From positions 150,797 through 214,796 of the forward strand of contig JAAXWF010000001.1 in assembly GCA_013335095.1 (NCBI GenBank): a stretch of 64,000 nucleotides of DNA, given 5' to 3'. The notes beneath the pieces are model-generated. The model was not told the origin of the DNA, ran no database searches, and worked only from the letters and a program-made list of their open reading frames with translations. How positions within the stretch are numbered: position 1 is the first letter of the stretch; the number at the start of each line of letters is the position of its first letter. The translations under genes and the position numbers were made by a program. This DNA comes from a candidate division WWE3 bacterium. GTDB taxonomy: Bacteria; Patescibacteriota; 4484-211; GCA-002791395. This document shows, piece after piece, positions 60,926 through 64,000 of the stretch.

Positions 60926-61570
60926 TTATTTTAGCACAGTTTGTATCGCTTCCCAACGAAATCCGCGTCGCAACAGTGTTTGGATCAACTTTTGGCGTTC
61001 TTTTCGATCAGCAACATTGTATTTTTTGCTTAATTTAACAACCAATTCTTGCAATGCATCGCTTTCCGGTGGTGCAAGCGTTTCCCAGGTAGTATTAAAG
61101 AGTAAAGAGGAGATACCCCGCTGTGATAGTTCTTTTCCAATGACAATCTTTCCCTTAGGTTTTGAGGCGTTTAGCCGCTGGTCTATCCACCAGCGAGAGA
61201 ACTCAATATCGTTTACGAAACCAAGTAGCTCTAGCTTTTCTATTATAGGATTAATAATTTCAATATCTGATACTGATTGATTCGTTAAAGAAAGCTTATA
61301 AGAAGCTATTTTTTTTCGTAAGTAATCCGCGACCTCCTTTTTTGATCGTGGCCGACGGGACAAATAATCAATCGCTCGTAGGTATAGTTTATGTAATTCT
61401 GATTTATAAAATATTTCATTTAGTTGTTCTTTAGTTAGCTCAACGCCATTGGTTAATTTGTAGTCAAGTAGAATACCTTCATCGATTCCACAATAGAATT
61501 CATCATCAATAAAAAGGCTTAATCTTTTCGGATTATTTTTTTGGCGAACAATTTTTGATACTACTGGCAT
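60926..61570 (-). CDS. recX: Regulatory protein RecX
   Basis: YLSRRPRS.KE, L...GFVND.EF, EL.QRGI, LLRRGF; downstream of recA. Confidence 0.9.
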   Translation of the reverse strand: MPVVSKIVRQKNNPKRLSLFIDDEFYCGIDEGILLDYKLTNGVELTKEQLNEIFYKSELHKLYLRAIDYLSRRPRSKKEVADYLRKKIASYKLSLTNQSVSDIEIINPIIEKLELLGFVNDIEFSRWWIDQRLNASKPKGKIVIGKELSQRGISSLLFNTTWETLAPPESDALQELVVKLSKKYNVADRKERQKLIQTLLRRGFRWEAIQTVLK

Positions 61571-61695
61571 ACGTATATTGTAGTACAGTTTATGGATTGT
61601 AACCTCGCACGATCAGAAAGCAGTCGGCGTTTTTGGAAACACTGCATCCATCTAAACGATGCCCACAGTCCGATATTTTAAAACAAGGAGATAAT

Positions 61696-62781
61696 TTAAG
61701 CTTCTTCTTCGGTAAAATCGACGGATGCGCCTTGCTCTGCTGGCTCCTCTTCAGCGCCAATGATAATAGGAGCGCCTTGCTCTTTCATTTTCTTTAAAAT
61801 ATCATGTTCAATCTTTTTAGCGATTTCAGCATGCTGACGGAGATACTCCTTCGCAGCTTCTCGTCCCTGTCCAATCTTTTCACCACCGTAACTTAACCAT
61901 GCGCCAGATTTGCCAACAACATCAACTTCAACTCCGACATCAAGAAGACTACCTTCACGACTAATACCTTCGCCATACACAATATCTAATTCGGCGACTT
62001 TAAATGGTGGAGCTAGTTTATTTTTAACGACTTTTACCTTTACTCGGTTACCAACTTCTTGTTCTCCATTCTTAATAGTCGAAATGCGACGAATGTCTAA
62101 ACGTAAACTTGAATAGAATTTCAATGCCTGTCCGCCGGTTGTAGTTTCTGGATTACCAAACATCACACCAATTTTCATACGAAGTTGATTGATAAATATT
62201 ACCGTAGCATTGGATTTATTTATTGCTCCGGTTAATTTTCGCAATGCCTGACTCATTAAGCGAGCCTGTAAACCGACATGGGCATCCCCCATTTCTCCTT
62301 CAATCTCAGCACGAGGAACAAGTGCGGCTACAGAGTCTACAACAATGATATCGACAGCACCGGATCGAACGAGGGTCTCAACGATCTCAAGCGCCTGTTC
62401 TCCTGTATCGGGTTGAGATACGAGCAAATCTTCAAGATTAACACCAATCGCAGCCGCATATACTGGATCAAAAGCATGTTCAGCATCAATAAAAGCAGCA
62501 ACGCCGCCTTCTTTTTGAGCTTCGGCTAACATATGTAATGTTAACGTGGTCTTACCACTAGATTCAGGACCAAATATTTCAACGATTCGGCCTTTAGGAA
62601 TACCGCCGATACCAATCGCTAGATCGAGCGCAATCGACCCCGTAGGGATAACTTTAACCCCATCAGCATGGGCACCTTCCCCCATTCGCATTATCGTGCC
62701 CTTACCAAACTGCCGTTCGATTTGTTCGAGAGCTAATGATACTGCCTGTTTTTTATCGTTATTTTTATTAATTTCAGCCAT
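61696..62781 (-). CDS. recA: Recombinase RecA
   Basis: [41 protein letters not shown]; no intein. Confidence 0.99.
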   Translation of the reverse strand: MAEINKNNDKKQAVSLALEQIERQFGKGTIMRMGEGAHADGVKVIPTGSIALDLAIGIGGIPKGRIVEIFGPESSGKTTLTLHMLAEAQKEGGVAAFIDAEHAFDPVYAAAIGVNLEDLLVSQPDTGEQALEIVETLVRSGAVDIIVVDSVAALVPRAEIEGEMGDAHVGLQARLMSQALRKLTGAINKSNATVIFINQLRMKIGVMFGNPETTTGGQALKFYSSLRLDIRRISTIKNGEQEVGNRVKVKVVKNKLAPPFKVAELDIVYGEGISREGSLLDVGVEVDVVGKSGAWLSYGGEKIGQGREAAKEYLRQHAEIAKKIEHDILKKMKEQGAPIIIGAEEEPAEQGASVDFTEEEA

Positions 62782-62787
62782 GTTGGT

Positions 62788-62815
62788 ATTATATATTAAT
62801 TTATATAAAAGTCAA
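62788..62815 (-). promoter_or_regulatory. sigma70 promoter of recA
   Basis: TTGACT, 16 bp spacer, TATAAT, then 6 nt to ATG. Confidence 0.8.
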
Positions 62816-62823
62816 TACCTATT

Positions 62824-62976
62824 TTATTTAGTACGGAGTTCTTCACGAATATGCCTAAGATCTTCTTGAATGCGATCCATATGGCGTTCAATATTTTCTG
62901 CGATTTGGTGCAAAGCCCGAATTTCATCAACCAATTGAACGGTTAAATCGTGACTGTCCATTTCTTCAAGTTTCAT
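62824..62976 (-). CDS. 50-aa coiled-coil small protein, not in ORF track (MKLEEMDSHDLTVQLVDEIRALHQIAENIERHMDRIQEDLRHIREELRTK)
   Basis: ATG..TAA frame with heptad pattern; extended -10 TGgTATGAT 11 nt upstream. Confidence 0.7.
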   Translation of the reverse strand: MKLEEMDSHDLTVQLVDEIRALHQIAENIERHMDRIQEDLRHIREELRTK

Positions 62977-63057
62977 AGTATTGATTAATCATACCATGAC
63001 ACGCGATTATTGAAGGCATTTATTGATTGTTACAACAGCTACGACAACCTGGATTAT

Positions 63058-63483
63058 TTATAACTGGGTTTTATTCTTTTGAATCAACTTTAACTTTGCA
63101 ACTTCACGACGTAGCGATGCTTCGACTCTAGCCAAATCGACATCAACTGGCTTCTCACTTAATAATTGCTCAGCGCGACGTTTAGCTTCTTCAATTTTAG
63201 CGGCATCAAGATTTTCAGTCCGTTCGGCTTGATGGGCTAATATTTCTACTTTTTCACCGGTAATTTGCCCAACGCCCCCACCAATAAATAAATGAAACAC
63301 CTCAGCATTACCTGTAATAGCAAGTTCACCCACATCCAACACGACCGTTAGTGGAGCATGGTTTGGCAAAACCGTTATAACTCCAGATTTAGTTGGAATA
63401 ATGACTTGTTTTACTTGATCTAGGTTTAATACACATCGCTCGACTGTTGTTACAGTGACAGCGAGATGTTGATACTTTGACAT
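63058..63483 (-). CDS. atpC: F1F0 ATP synthase epsilon subunit
   Basis: G.ITVLPNHAPL, IGGG, AER...LD......A..RA; follows atpD. Confidence 0.93.
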   Translation of the reverse strand: MSKYQHLAVTVTTVERCVLNLDQVKQVIIPTKSGVITVLPNHAPLTVVLDVGELAITGNAEVFHLFIGGGVGQITGEKVEILAHQAERTENLDAAKIEEAKRRAEQLLSEKPVDVDLARVEASLRREVAKLKLIQKNKTQL

Positions 63484-63490
63484 AGGTGAA

Positions 63491-64000
<510 letters not shown>

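Overview
Gene-dense, moderately AT-rich chromosomal segment that looks like a Patescibacteria (CPR) genome, read with the standard genetic code. The taxonomy is inferred from gene content and style. Contents are mostly housekeeping: recJ, secD/secF, a GldA/GldF-GldG-like ABC system, pgi, lexA-folD, ftsE-ftsX-M23 peptidase, a non-oxidative pentose-phosphate cluster, Mg2+ transporters, eno, dus, dcd, secA, uppP, serS, lysS, greA, miaA, hup, ymdB-rny-recX-recA and atpC/atpD. I saw no rRNA, tRNA, CRISPR array or mobile element. Most notable signals: (1) an unannotated small-peptide transcript at 28975-29250 whose stop codon runs into a 13-14 nt perfect complement of the 16S rRNA 3' end, then a terminator; (2) an FtsEX-associated M23 peptidase whose catalytic domain is circularly permuted; (3) a pervasive leaderless layout, with a -10 box 6-7 nt before the start codon in at least 14 genes; (4) a CHASE4 histidine kinase that can only start at a non-canonical codon, probably ATA; (5) a GC-rich structured RNA candidate upstream of a small Cys/His protein; (6) several sub-60-aa ORFs missed by the ORF track. 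Many start sites are revised relative to the supplied track. All calls come from reading the sequence, with no database searches.
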